Made by a program: the position numbers and the translations under genes. A stretch of 57,294 bases of DNA from the IMG/VR virus record IMGVR_UViG_3300025108_000056, positions 1-57,294 of that record; one strand, 5' to 3'. Below, piece by piece: positions 1 to 13,200 of this stretch (positions are counted from its first letter, which is position 1; every line of letters begins with the position of its first letter). Below the pieces are notes generated by a model, which saw nothing but the letters and a program-made list of their open reading frames with translations, had not been told where the DNA came from and did no database searches. The DNA comes from a virus. Lineage: Duplodnaviria; Caudoviricetes.

Positions 1-2
1 GA

Positions 3-2246
3 GGCGGCGGAGGGATGACAGGTGGGCTAATGCCATCTGCATTTAACACTCAAGGTGCTATGGGAGTATCTGCCATAGGCGGTACTGGTCTAGGTAGTGG
101 AGGTGGCTTTTCCAGCGGCTTTGGTGGTGGTTTCGGTGGAGGTCTAGGTGGTCACCCTACATCTTCTGGAGATTTGGGTAATCGTATATTACAACATTGG
201 AGTAAAAGATACATCGACTTGCCTGTAGGTTATTGGGTAGAGAAGGCCACTTTGTTAGATAATCCTGTCAAGACTGGTTTGCAGTTATGGTTGAAGCCCG
301 AAAACATAGTCGGTAATCCAAACACATCCGTAGAAACATGGAATGATGCTAGTGGTAACGGGAGACATGCTACTCAGTCTACTGCCGGGCTAAGACCGTT
401 CCATAGAATTGCATCTACTGGAGGGTTGGCCGAAGTAGTTTTCAATGGCTCTGATAGACTAGACATACCTTATAGTGCATTTTTAAACTCCGAAGAATTT
501 TGTATATTCGTTATCGCTAGGAACTTCTCGACAGGTGTAAAGCCTATTTTGAAATCCGCTACAGGCGGTTATTCGTTATCCTTCGACCAAGGTAACACAA
601 GAGTTGTGGCTGGCTGGGATGAATCTGGTGTCGCTGATTCTTTGAATTCTAATTCTGGAAGTAGCAATAGTTACAGCACTCAGTTGATATGTTACACGAT
701 GGATGACACAAACGCTAACTCAGAAGCAGACACTGTAAAGATATATTCTCGTGGCGAAGAAGTTGGCAGTAAAACATCAGGCGTTGATTACACACCTGCT
801 GGTAGCGGAGTTCTTTACTTAGGTCATGATACTAGCACTAGTTTAGATGGTGCTATACAAGAAGTGTTGATTTACAACCGAGCAGTTACTACCGACGAGC
901 GAAACCAAATAGAAGGCTATCTCGCTCGAAAATATGGCATGCACCTCAAGGAAGGTAAGTATGAGGGCTTGGCTCGATATTCTTACGACAACAAACACAT
1001 CAGAGTAGCGTTTGACAAAGAGTTAGTCGGCTCGGTCAAAGAACCACACGGTTTTCTCAATCAACGCAGGAAGACCAACATGACAATCGGCTCTATATCA
1101 GCGGGTGCGACTGTTTTACCGGTCACTGGGGGTGACCCAAGAGAGTGGTTTGAACTTACAGAAAACAATCGCCCTATGAGGATAGTGTTCAAGGAAAACG
1201 ATAGTGCTGCAAATTACCGTAAAACTAGCGGCGGTCAAGAATACTTTGGAGAAGTTACTGCTGTTACTTCTAATCAAATTACAATAAATCTATCACAAGG
1301 TAACGCTACTCACGCTACCGGAGACCAAGTGTGGATAGAGCCGTTTAGTTATGGAGATGCATCTGGCTTGAATGGTAACGATTTGTTCCCTGTAGTAATC
1401 ATACCAGTGAAGAATGCAGATACTTACGAAGCCAGCGCTTTGCCTGAAAAGGCTGTAGGGCCTGAGTTCCCTTCCCATCAAAATGGCGCTACTAGAGATA
1501 GTGGCGGAGGACTGACAAGAACCGACGAATACATTTCTTACCTGTTTTCTAAAGCAATAACTAGTGACTACATCACTTTAGGTAAAGCGGTCAATGCGGC
1601 TGGTAATCTTACTCTTGATAAAGCGTTTACTACATCAATCGGTCAATCATCTAGTGGTCACAATTCAAGAGTTACAGTTACTCAGAGTCATGAGACATCT
1701 TTGGGATTGTTAGCAGATACAATAAACACTAACTTAGGAGTAGGTCAAGCACCTGTAATCGAAGGCTTTTCTGGTGGCAAATCTGGTAAGAAAGTCAAAA
1801 GCGGCGGCGACAAAACGCAAGACATAATCGGTATATTGGCTAACAGTAATAACTTTTTGAATTTCCAACCCAGTAACAGAATTGCTAAGGTAATAGATGT
1901 AGCAAATGGCTTTGTTCAAGATACTATCTACAACACGCCGGAAGCACAAGGTGATTACATTAGAGGTATACAGATACCCTACAACTCGCTGGCTACAAAG
2001 GGTAAGTCTAATCTCGATTCGGAAGTAGCACAAAGAAATTTTTTCTTGACTACCGAAGGTAATACTAGTGACAAGTTGTCATCAATAAACAGTGTACATG
2101 CATCTCGCTTGTTTTCACATACAGCAGAAGGCCATTTCAAAAACGGCATAAGCGGCATAGTCACGGATTTCAATGTCCATCGAGAAGCGGAAATGAAAGC
2201 CTATGATTTTAGTTTGAAATTCATAGCGGCTGATATAATATTGTGA
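3..2246 (+). CDS. Tail-associated structural protein with LamG/concanavalin-A-like domain (5'-truncated by the window edge)
   Basis: The frame is open from the window start (GGGG before the Met at 15). Gly-rich linker, then a LamG-like domain LQLWLKPEN...WNDASGNGRHATQ...GAIQEVLIYNRAVTTDERNQIEGYLARKYG (~276-938). C-terminal motifs are shared with the next ORF. Confidence 0.7.
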   Translation, partial: GGGGMTGGLMPSAFNTQGAMGVSAIGGTGLGSGGGFSSGFGGGFGGGLGGHPTSSGDLGNRILQHWSKRYIDLPVGYWVEKATLLDNPVKTGLQLWLKPENIVGNPNTSVETWNDASGNGRHATQSTAGLRPFHRIASTGGLAEVVFNGSDRLDIPYSAFLNSEEFCIFVIARNFSTGVKPILKSATGGYSLSFDQGNTRVVAGWDESGVADSLNSNSGSSNSYSTQLICYTMDDTNANSEADTVKIYSRGEEVGSKTSGVDYTPAGSGVLYLGHDTSTSLDGAIQEVLIYNRAVTTDERNQIEGYLARKYGMHLKEGKYEGLARYSYDNKHIRVAFDKELVGSVKEPHGFLNQRRKTNMTIGSISAGATVLPVTGGDPREWFELTENNRPMRIVFKENDSAANYRKTSGGQEYFGEVTAVTSNQITINLSQGNATHATGDQVWIEPFSYGDASGLNGNDLFPVVIIPVKNADTYEASALPEKAVGPEFPSHQNGATRDSGGGLTRTDEYISYLFSKAITSDYITLGKAVNAAGNLTLDKAFTTSIGQSSSGHNSRVTVTQSHETSLGLLADTINTNLGVGQAPVIEGFSGGKSGKKVKSGGDKTQDIIGILANSNNFLNFQPSNRIAKVIDVANGFVQDTIYNTPEAQGDYIRGIQIPYNSLATKGKSNLDSEVAQRNFFLTTEGNTSDKLSSINSVHASRLFSHTAEGHFKNGISGIVTDFNVHREAEMKAYDFSLKFIAADIIL

Positions 2247-2255
2247 GGTGAGAAA

Positions 2256-4262
2256 ATGGCGATACCAATCAGACTATTACTTGCTAACGGTAAAGACCAG
2301 ATTGATTTGGTTGCTCAAAGCATAGACATGTCAGTCGATAGGAAAGCCAGCGCTTTTCCTACTCCCGATAACATGCTCAAGCGATTCGCAATAGACACTA
2401 ACACTCCTCAAATACAGATAGAAGTAAATGGTATATTCGTTGATGATGAAGGAGTAAACGCTAATTCTGATGGTATATTTGAGGCAGAGCCTATGAGAAG
2501 CGCAATTAATTTTGGTGCATTCTTTCCTACTAATTCATCTTCACCTTTATCCTCGTTGCAGCACTTTTGTGGAACAAACGGAGTAGATGCTATATCACTT
2601 AATGGTTTAAATTTAGATTCAGAGTTCAAAGTTATAAACAGATTAAGTAAAAACCAAAGTAATATTGTAACGGTACAGGCTTTACCGGGTTCAAATATGG
2701 AATTTGCTAGCGATAGCACTGCACAGATTGATGCTAACGCTTATCGAAATTTTAACTCTGCTTCTGTATTTTCTACTTCCTTCAACCAAATAACAGTGAA
2801 CTATTCGGGGTCTGGTACTTTCACTGCCGAAAATGAATTCAACATAGGCGACAGGTTAGTAAAGTCAAGCGGGTTGACAATAGGTGACATTCAATCTATA
2901 TCTGGTAATGTCATTACATTTACCGGTAACATAGCCAACGCTTTGTCAGCAGGTGAACAAATACATTTATCTTTACAAGTATTCGATTCTGCTGGTTTCA
3001 AAATAGGAAATATAGAACATATAACAGATGATAGCAGCATTCCAAACGGTACTAAAGCAATTTATAATATTAAATTGCATGAAACAAATACTGTACCTTT
3101 GTTAGAAAACGCTTCTATATTCATAGATAGGAGAGAAAGTATGGTTGAAAGATTCAACAATCAAGCAATTAAACTTATACCTAGTTTTTGGCTTTCTAAT
3201 CCTGACAAAGTTAACGCCCAGTCTATCGTTACTCACGACAGTTCAATGGATAGTAATCTTACTAGTTTTTCTACATCTACCATGTCTAGTTCAGTCCCAA
3301 GAATAGGAGTCAGAATACAATTTGATATAGGAAGCACTTATACAAATGCTCCGACTATAGCACTTAAAGCATTTCAGGGGAGAGCAGGTGACGCTTCTGA
3401 TGCAGCGAAATATGACGCTGTAATCAATTTACCAATCAGAGACATACATACAGTTGACAATCCTGCTTTAGAAATGGCTAACAGAGTGAAGGCAGCATTT
3501 GAGTTAAACGGCGATGCAATCGTAACTAGTTCGTATTATACTGGATTTTTGAAAAAACCTAATAACACTTTTGGCGGAGGTCGAAAGTTAAGTGATGCAT
3601 TTAGAGTAATCCAAAACGGAACTATATTGACTTTTGAACAACTACATTCACCCCCAGAGCCAATATTACATCCTTCTATAATAAGCGCTGATTTGAATTC
3701 TTTTTTTGGAGAAACTCAATTTCATAGCCAAAGTCACACACCTGTAGAGTCAAGAAAATCAGCAGGTGATAAGGCGCAAGATTTGATAGGTTTGGTTTCT
3801 AATTCAGACCGAACAGTAGACTTGTTGAGAGGTATACAGATACCTTACGACAGCCTGATACAAAGTTCTGGGGTAACTGGAGTAGCCCGTAATTTCTTTT
3901 TGACTTTTGGTGAAGTGCCCGTATTGGACAAAGGTTCAGCGAGCAACAATCGCCCCGCTTCTCAAAAAATGGACAATCTTTTGTTGAACATGACTGGGCT
4001 ACAAACAGATGACAGTCCAGACAGTTGGTTTGAAAGAAATTTGAAAGCAATTACTCCAAATGAGATAGAATCTCTATTTGGCTTTTTGGTCGGTATAGGC
4101 AAGGATGCAATATGGCTGACTCTGCAAACTAATCTTTCTAGTGTAAATGAAGGCGGTATTAGGATAATACCGGAGAAACTTCATGTGCGTTATGATGCTG
4201 GGAACAACTACTACGCTTACAGTTTGTTATTGTCAGCATCGGACTTCGTAATAGGTGTGTAA
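2256..4262 (+). CDS. Tail/baseplate structural protein, paralog of the upstream ORF (possibly distal-tail-like)
   Basis: GAGGTGA ribosome site upstream. Shares KSxGDKxQDxIG, RGIQIPYxSL, RNFFLT and a similar C-terminal strand with ORF 3..2246. Ser/Thr/Asn-rich, beta-type composition. Confidence 0.55.
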   Translation: MAIPIRLLLANGKDQIDLVAQSIDMSVDRKASAFPTPDNMLKRFAIDTNTPQIQIEVNGIFVDDEGVNANSDGIFEAEPMRSAINFGAFFPTNSSSPLSSLQHFCGTNGVDAISLNGLNLDSEFKVINRLSKNQSNIVTVQALPGSNMEFASDSTAQIDANAYRNFNSASVFSTSFNQITVNYSGSGTFTAENEFNIGDRLVKSSGLTIGDIQSISGNVITFTGNIANALSAGEQIHLSLQVFDSAGFKIGNIEHITDDSSIPNGTKAIYNIKLHETNTVPLLENASIFIDRRESMVERFNNQAIKLIPSFWLSNPDKVNAQSIVTHDSSMDSNLTSFSTSTMSSSVPRIGVRIQFDIGSTYTNAPTIALKAFQGRAGDASDAAKYDAVINLPIRDIHTVDNPALEMANRVKAAFELNGDAIVTSSYYTGFLKKPNNTFGGGRKLSDAFRVIQNGTILTFEQLHSPPEPILHPSIISADLNSFFGETQFHSQSHTPVESRKSAGDKAQDLIGLVSNSDRTVDLLRGIQIPYDSLIQSSGVTGVARNFFLTFGEVPVLDKGSASNNRPASQKMDNLLLNMTGLQTDDSPDSWFERNLKAITPNEIESLFGFLVGIGKDAIWLTLQTNLSSVNEGGIRIIPEKLHVRYDAGNNYYAYSLLLSASDFVIGV

Positions 4263-4263
4263 T

Positions 4264-7200
4264 ATGAGTTTACTAATAGATGCTGGATATGGATTGAAAT
4301 TCAACGGTATAAGCGATAGCGTTTTAGTTCCTACAAACAATACTAATTTGCATGGCGCACAGACCAAAGAAAGAAAGAGACTACCTACCTCTATGAGTTC
4401 TTTTACTTTGGAAACTTGGTTTATTCCTGATTCTGGCGGTACTATATTTGAACAAGACAATGTTATGAGGCTTACAGTAGGTTCTCCTAGTAGTTCAGCA
4501 CCTGCTTTCTTTGAGGTTAGATTGAGAAATAAAAATAATGGTAAAGACAATGTATTCACACTTAGCAGCGCAAAGGCTGTAAACAAGGCAAACGGGTTAC
4601 TTGCTTACTGGGATGGTATCCTTTTCCCAACTAACAATTCTACTATCAACTCTGCAAACTTAGGTTCAGATGTCGATACTAATGATGTTACTGCTTTTGC
4701 TGAGGGTTCCAGAGAGTTGCTGAATGTTACTGTTACATTCGACAGGAGAATACTCAGCATGCATGTCAACGGTGACTTACTCGTCGAGCAAGTGTTAGAA
4801 GAAGAACACGAACTTGTACCACAGCAAAGTCAAATGTTTTTGGGCGGTAGAGGTGGAGATTTTAGAGGGACATTAGAAACCATCCATTTGTCTGCTAGCG
4901 CTCTGCCTTCTGGTAGACAACAATTCGCACCAATTAAAGGTGATAACACACTTGGTCTATGGCGATTTGAAGAGCCAATTGACCCTATTGCTATGAGAGT
5001 AGAAACTCCCGCTTTGGTTGCATCTACGGCAAGTTATTCTACTTTTACTGTAAGTACAACTGTGGCTAATGATTTGATAAAAGAATTGACTGGTTCGACT
5101 AGTAGTTCTACAGTTTTGTTTACCAACTCTCCGTACAGTGCTGGTAAATACTCTTACAAAGTTTACACTGCTACTTCTAGCAATGACAGAGAACTAGAAA
5201 AAGTACCATTCAACTTAATTATTAATCCTTTAGGTTACGACAAAAAGACAGGTAAACCTACCAACAAAGCCCCTGAAAGAGTAAGGTTGCGCTCTATAAA
5301 TCCGAATAGTGGACAAATAACGGTTACATCAATTCACTTAGATTTCTCCGCAAATCCTACTACTGGACAAAGAGGACTACTAATGGCCCATGACGCAGGT
5401 GAGTTCGTAGTAGTGATAGGTGATTGTATAGTAGACGGTGGTAACGGCAATGTATTCCAACCACAAGGTAGCGGCACTCAGTTTTCTCAAAGACAAGGTC
5501 AGGTTATAATTGATGAAAGTGACTTTGAAAATCACGGCATTATGTTTTCTATGAGCATGGCAGTCGATTCTCACGAATACAATCAATTTTCTGCAAGTAC
5601 GACTAACATGGGTACTGATTTCTTAATTGGCCATACAGGTAGGCATATTCTAAATCATGTCAAAAGCCATCCGTTTATGGGTCTACTCCCACCGCCTGAA
5701 TCGCACAATGTCGAAAAGAAATTAGATGCAGGTAGTGATGTAGTCAATGCTACCTTTATGCCTCAGTTTGGTAACATAAAGGATATAGTACCAGTCAATA
5801 GCGTAATCTCTAGTTTTGATACTCATGGTAAAATTCCTGTAAACGATTTAGTTTATTCATCTGTTGTGTCCACCTTTATAGAAAATGGCATGTCTGATAT
5901 AGACGACACTAAAAGAGGATTATTAGCAATAGGTGGACCTCAGTTCAACACTGAACCTTTCCTATTGAAGTCTATATCTTCTACAGATGCTAAGAGCGAT
6001 ATTAAAGCGCTGATACCTTCCAACGAAGATAGAATAGCAACATTAGTTTTACCTGAGTTAGAAACTTACGACTATGCACCTTTTGTACAAATACACTATA
6101 ACGCAATAGACCGAACAGGTGAACATTTTGATGTTGGAGCCACATCCAGATTGACTGCGAACATTTCTACTGCCACGCTTACTTTACAAAGCGTAAAATC
6201 GTTTGGAGTAGACGGTACTGTAATACCAGCCAGTCGAATATCAATAAATGGGGAGACACCTTTTACTTCTTATACCAACCAAACGGCTACGATAACTTAT
6301 AGCGCTAAGACAATCGTATTTTCTGCTACTCCCAATAATAGTGCGTTCAATGCCGCTGCCGTTAACAATGCCATAGTAAAGTTATCAGATAACTTTCCTA
6401 AATTATTAATCAACAAAACTTTACCCGATGTCAGTACAATAGTTACGGGTACAACGAGTATACTTGATTTGATGAGGACATCTGCTAATACTAGCCCTCT
6501 AACTTTAGTTTCACCCGGCGGTGTTATGACATTCAAGACTCCCAATCTATTTCCGTTTGACGATGGTCAGTTAGAAGGAGACGATTCAGAAGGATTAGTT
6601 GGCGAAGGGCAACTAGATTTGAGTTTATGTCCGACTAATTATTTACCTAGCGTTGCTACAGATGCACCTCAGACTACACCTAAAGGGATAGGTTTGGCTC
6701 AATCAGAGTTATCTAACAGGTCTTCTGTATTTCATAGAGTACTTGTCCGTAATCATTTCGTCAAATCTTCTGATTACGATGAACTAGCCAATGTAAAATT
6801 AAGGAAAACGACTAACGGGGCTAGACAAAGACTAGGTTTGACTTTTAGTGCAGACTACGCTGCTTCTACTTCGACAGCAATGAATGTAACAGGTGGTACG
6901 GTAAATAACACAATAGCAGTCGATGATGTAATTTACAAAGCAAATGGTAAGCAGTTGGGTACAGTTACTGCTGTCACTAGTAGTAGTATTACTATAGGTG
7001 CAGGTACGAGTGACGCTGTAGTAAACAAAGACGAATTATTTTTAGAACCTCAAGCGGCAGGTAGAGGTAGTACAAATCAAAGCACAGTCGTGCATGAATA
7101 CTTTGACATCATAGAACATAAGTCAAGAAACAATGTTACTAGTTTAGTCATTCAGCCTACAGATAGGAGTCGTTTCGCCCAATTATCTAAAATGATAAAA

Positions 7201-10200
7201 GATACAGAAATGAGAAACCATATCAGTATTGAACACCTTATGTCGAGAGCAAGAGTGCTTTCTTTTGGAGATGACACCGATGGCAACACTGTACTTAGGG
7301 CACACGGCTTACTTAGTGATATAGCATCCTCGACTGTCAGTGTCAAAGGCTCAGCCAGTCCAGATTCTCACATTGTCAAAGAAATCATGCCGGGTGCCCC
7401 GGTAGTGACAATGACTCTTGGCGGTGGAGGTCAAGGAGCAGTCAACACAAAGGAGACTTGGGACCCAGCCCCACTCAGCAGATTGGCTTGGAACACTCGT
7501 AGAGACTGTCAAGCCAAAGTCAATGCTACTATCAGTATAGGTACAAAGAGACAGATATCAGTGCTACCTTTGAACAACAATGCTGACGATTTACAATCTT
7601 GGGGAACTTATTGTTTCCCTGCTACAGGAAGAGTTTATCTTGAATTATCAGGTAACCAAGGAGAACAAAAGCAGTTTGCCAGTGCTGAATATACCAGTAA
7701 GACAGGTACTTTATTTTCATTCAGTAACAGTACTGGACTTGTAGGTTCAGGTACATTTGTACTAGCGGATGGCTCAGAAGCGGATTCATTCAACGCTTGG
7801 GTTACTGCTACTGGAATAGATGAGACTAGCGTACTGCATGTCGATGATAAGTTTAGCGAAGAGTCAATGTGTAATGACGGGACAACAATCAACGACAGGT
7901 TGTTCCAGAGCCTAGACACGGTTCAGCACGATTACCAGTTAGGTAGTCAGTACGCAAGCACTCGTGCGCTTGTTGAAATACCTCTATTTGAGGAGTTCTT
8001 CTTTGACAATCCAGACAAGGGTATTTTCCCCGGCCCTGATAACAGTATGAAGTTGCACATAGACGCTACTCATACAGCGCATTCTTGGAACCCTAATCCA
8101 GTCGGTAGAAGAGCAGATGCTATTTCTCCTCAAGACCCTGAGATTTTTGGTCCGTTTTCTTACACTATCCAAAGAGGTACGCACCGTAGTGGTACCAAGG
8201 TAACCAGACCTTACGACTCAAGTAATTATCGTGTCTATGTCGAAGATGCTAATATCTTTCCTATACCAACAGCGCCTCCTACAGAAGTTGCTAATCTAGG
8301 TGGGCAGGCTAGATACCGAAGAGCATTTTTGCCTAACGGAGAATGGTTTACTTACAGCGCTAGAAACACCTCCGACCACTATCTTACTGTAGTCGATTCG
8401 GGAGACGACCACGCATTCAGTGCAAACTTCTTGCGAGACATCAGAGTTGGAGCACACATTACTCCTGCTCCGGGTTATCAGGATATGAATTACAACAGTA
8501 TTGCTGACAATCCAAGTTTGATTAGTGCTGGTTACGAAAGAAGAAGGTCGTTTTACTATGACCGTTCTAATGTTACAACACAAGGTGGTAACGCTGACTA
8601 CGGGATGAAGCAATATGTCAGTGCTATCGAGTTAAGGGCTGGCCCCTCTACCAATCCCCATTTACCAAAGATTATCAGTAAGCGACCTAGAGCAAAGGCG
8701 GTTTTGGTTGTTGGAAGTCCTGCGACTTCTATCAAATTAGATGATGCCAGCCTTTTCCCTATCAAAAGTCCTGACAACGATTATAATTTTAGAGTTGCTT
8801 GGGTAGATTCTAGTGGAAATGTGAAGAGAGGGTTTTACAATAATAGGTCAGGAAACACATTAACTATTACCAGCCCTGATACTGGTTTTACTCCTTCGGC
8901 AGGTGACGAAATATATGTTGAAGACTTGTACGCTACTTCTGCAAGCACTTGGCCAAAAGTCAAAGAGACATTCCTAAACAGGGCTTGGGCACATCCTTAC
9001 TGTCCGGGTGGAATTAGACAAGGTGATACAATATGGATGAACATGCACTACACCAATCCTCACGCAGTTGAAGGTCTGTTCTGTAAGAGTAGAGGAACGC
9101 TTAACGAAGCAGAGGTTTGGAAAGGCTTTAACGGCGGAGTAGGGGAAGTAGATGCTAACCCAAGGGATAGTATTCCATTAGAAAACTTCCTTATCGGAAA
9201 TAGTTGTATAGAAACGGCTCAGAACTTAGTACAGCACATTAACAAAACAATCGAATTGAACTACCTTGAGGTTGTAGGAACTTCAATAACTGCACCAGTT
9301 GTTGCTTACTTAGACCCTTACCAGTGTACGGACAATTTTGTTAGAATATTACTTTACGATGTGGGCCATGACCGTGAATTTATTGCATTCCAAGATTTAC
9401 ACATGCAGGTTCAGTCAAGCCCTGCCGCTGCTAGAATTAGCGAAGAGGATGCTAACAAAACAGGAGTTGTAAAGAATACTGTCACAGATTCAGGTACCCA
9501 ATTAGATGTTGCGGCTGGTTTCCCTAGCCAAAACAAGAGAATGAATACTACTACAAAATCTGATTTTATCGAGGCAAGTTACGCTCACGCATCTGATTGG
9601 AATGAAAGTTACTCTGGTGCAATATCGGAGCATAATGTTGGTGGGCTAACAAATATAGACAAAGACAGTTATAGCAGTAGAACTAATCCAGCAGTAGCCT
9701 CAGCAAACGAAGCATTAATCCAACATCAAGTGATTGATGACACAAGTAGAGAATCTTCTACTTTCTTTGATACCCCAGACGGTACTAGAGTTATACCTGC
9801 TTTCTTAGCCATGAAAGGTATTAGGAACTCAGTATTAGATTTAACTTCACATACTGAGGCGAGATTGCAGTATTTAGACCAATGGACTGATATGGATTTC
9901 GTCAGAAGATTAACCCTAGATTTAGGAGAAGTTGCGCTCAAAGACGGCGTGACCAATATAGAATCGGCTGCTAGAGAAGTGGTTAGGTTAATTAATCAAG
10001 CAGGTGCAAGGAATGGTAAAACACACGCTCGTAGACCAAATGACCAATTCTTAGGTGACAGTTCTAAGTTTGACTTATCTAGCCCCGGACCTAAGTCAAA
10101 TGCTTATAGTACGAATATTGACCCAGCGGCCACTCACCTTCATGCTGATTTCGCTGCTACTGCTTCAACACACGACCCTGCGCCTTTCTGGGACCCAAGC

Positions 10201-13200
10201 AAAGCGTTTTCAAGCCATGACCGTGGTACTCACATGGGATATGTTCGTGCCCATCTTGGAAGAGTCGTTCTTGACTCAGAAGATAATCCGGGCTTTTCTA
10301 TAGTAATACACTCTACTATTCCGGGTGCCGCTGGTCGTAATTTCTGTACTTGGTTAGACAGTAGTAAAGCACAGAGTCCTTACAGACCACAGTTTTTGAT
10401 AGGTCACGGTGGCCGTTTCAGAAACTATTGGTGCCAGCCCGATGAGATGACTGGAGAGAATATGCATCCTGCGCCTATGCCTATCAACAGATTCGGTAGA
10501 CCGTTTGCGCCTATCACGACATTGAAAGAGCATTTACCTCCAGAAAATCCTAGTGACCCGTTTTTGAACAACTTAAATTTCGGGCCAGACAGGACTGATA
10601 GTGCAGGTGCATTAGTGTCTGCTAATACAGAAGTTGTCAGCGGAAGGAATAGTAATACTTTACTCAATGAATCGTTTGAAACCAAGAGTCCTGCTTCTAC
10701 TTTAGTAGACGGACTCAGGATAGGTACAAGAGCCAAGGCTAGAATTAACTTTGGTGGCTTGACCCAAGCAGGAGTACCCGGTTGGGCACCTGATGTAAGT
10801 AAGTGGGGCTTTGATAATGATGGTACTCAAAATCATTTCCTATCTAAATACGGCAACCCATCAAATGTATCAGATGCTATGACAGTCACTACTGATGGTA
10901 GTAACGACGGTTATATTCCAAAAGCAGATATGAAGAAAGAAAACATAGGTAACAATCCACTTTACGGCTTTAGGTTCGTAGACCACCGAGGAGACAATCA
11001 TACAATTAGAATGGTTTACAGACAGTTTGGCCAAAGTTTTGCTAACGACAATACATACTTGCCTTCTACACTTGATGAAGAAGTTATCATCCATTTTGAT
11101 GACAGAGATGTAGGTCAGGGCGGCTTTACTATCGGTAGGCATATGGTCGGTACTGGCGAGGTGTGTGGAGAAAAGACAGGTGGTAGCACTCTAAGTAAAC
11201 TAAAAGGTAATCTTTGGAACAACTACCCTGCTCCAATTGTCGGAGTAAAGGTCGCTACAACTTACTCAAGTGGTACAATGACTGTGGTACTAGATGCTCC
11301 TTACGACACAAGCGCACCAGCGGTAATGCAAACTCACCCTGACATACTGGGTTATCTTGGATTTCCAGAAAGTGGTATGTTCCAACTTTCCACGCAAAGC
11401 GGTATCCAAGGTCTAAATTTCTACTATACTAGTAGAACGCACAACGATTACAGTGGTACTCACAAGTTCTTTGGAGTCATTGGTGGCTCTAGCAGTCATA
11501 CTAATGGCGATTGGTTTATGAGTCCTAGACTCAACTTTAGTTCTTTGCTGACCGACGAAGTGATTGCCGCAGCAGTCGAATATGCTATCAACATGCCTGA
11601 TTCAGGATTAGAAGGATTGGATGTTACGAGTTTCGATTGTACTAACATGTTCGCACCAGACGGACAAACTTTAGGCGAATGGGGAGTAAGTCCTACCGCT
11701 ATTAGAATTCATACCAGAGCAGACAGAAAGGTAGCCTTGAGTAAATTATTCGAGGCGACAAGAAGCAAAGACTGGGGATTGTTAGAAGGTGCTTCTACTG
11801 ATGCAGTTGTATCGAGTAAGCACACTGGTGGTCTGAGCGCAGGCGAAATAGATGCAGGTACAAGGTTGGATATCGGCTACATCCCTAGCACTGTGCTACA
11901 TATTACTACTAAATACCGAGGTTCTAATGCCAACACTGCTACTCCTATATTAGTTGACAGTCAAAACAACATGGTCGATATTACCACTTGGCAAAGAAAT
12001 CTCAGAGGGGAGAACTTCACCGATGTAGCAGGCGACCATATCATTCCAAGAGTAGATGCTCCTTGTCTCGAAATACACAATGTTACTTCTACTGAGGTCC
12101 ATGTTGCTAGTAATGAGTCTTGGGCTTTGTTTGGCAAGTTAGCATGTGACGATACTAACAGTTGGGGTCAACCATTTTTGATTTGGTATAGTACTACTGA
12201 TTGGGCCGAGGTTAGAAGTAAGCCGGGCACATCTAGTGTTACTCATGTAAACATAATTGCTAAGTCTGCAAACTTTTCTCCTAACAACCATGATGTTATA
12301 TTCAAGTCATATAGTAGCGACGGGTACAGTAAGGAAATAGATGGTGTCAGAAGGGCGGGTAGTAAGAAAGCCAGTCCTTTCCTTTACTTCCGTGGCGGTA
12401 GAGATAGTCCTGACCACTGGGTGCCACTGTACTTCGGCGGCGGATTCAGTGGCGCTGTTGTAGATATTAACGACGGAACTCAAAATGACTACAGTGAGTT
12501 TTACACACATCCGTATTCTTCTGGACCGACAGGCAGCGCAGGTATGCAGAATATAGGAGAAGTGGCTGGCTCTTACGCATTGTTAGATACCAATGCTATG
12601 TTGGCTATGTTCCCCGGAACTCCTTATCTCGACCAACATCGAGGACAGAATAATCCACCTTTCTTCAATCAAGATGCTTTGTTGACATTCGATATGACAA
12701 AGACTGCTAATAGCAAAGTCACAGGAATAGATTACACTGACGGGACAAATACCGTCAACGCAAATATTCCTAGCCCTATTGTCTTAAGATTTGCTCATCC
12801 TCACGCTAGATATAGCCCGTCAGGAGATGTCACAGACCATACTACCTACATGGTATTTGGCCCCGGTCAGGCTTTCCCGCACAACACAGCAGCGCATGAA
12901 CCACAAGGCTCTCGTATAGTTACACTAGGTAACGGCTACAGCGCAGTCCCTATTCATTTCAATAGCGATGCTACTAAAGATACATTCCTACCTAATCAAT
13001 TGGCTAACGGTGACTCGACTGAGCACAGTGGTTTCAACAGAGGTAGTGCTGAGGCTCACCTACCTATGACTACCTTCTTCCAGAAAAACAACGAGACTGG
13101 ATTTAACTATGTTATGAATTGGCAGCCTACCAAAGGATTCCCATCAGAAGATGCAAGTGCCACTAAAAACTACAACCAAGTTAACACTAAGGCTTTCTAT

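Noticed and set aside
60-155. GGT/GGC-rich repeat at the window start
   Set aside because: Simply encodes a Gly-rich linker (GGGF repeats) within the first ORF.
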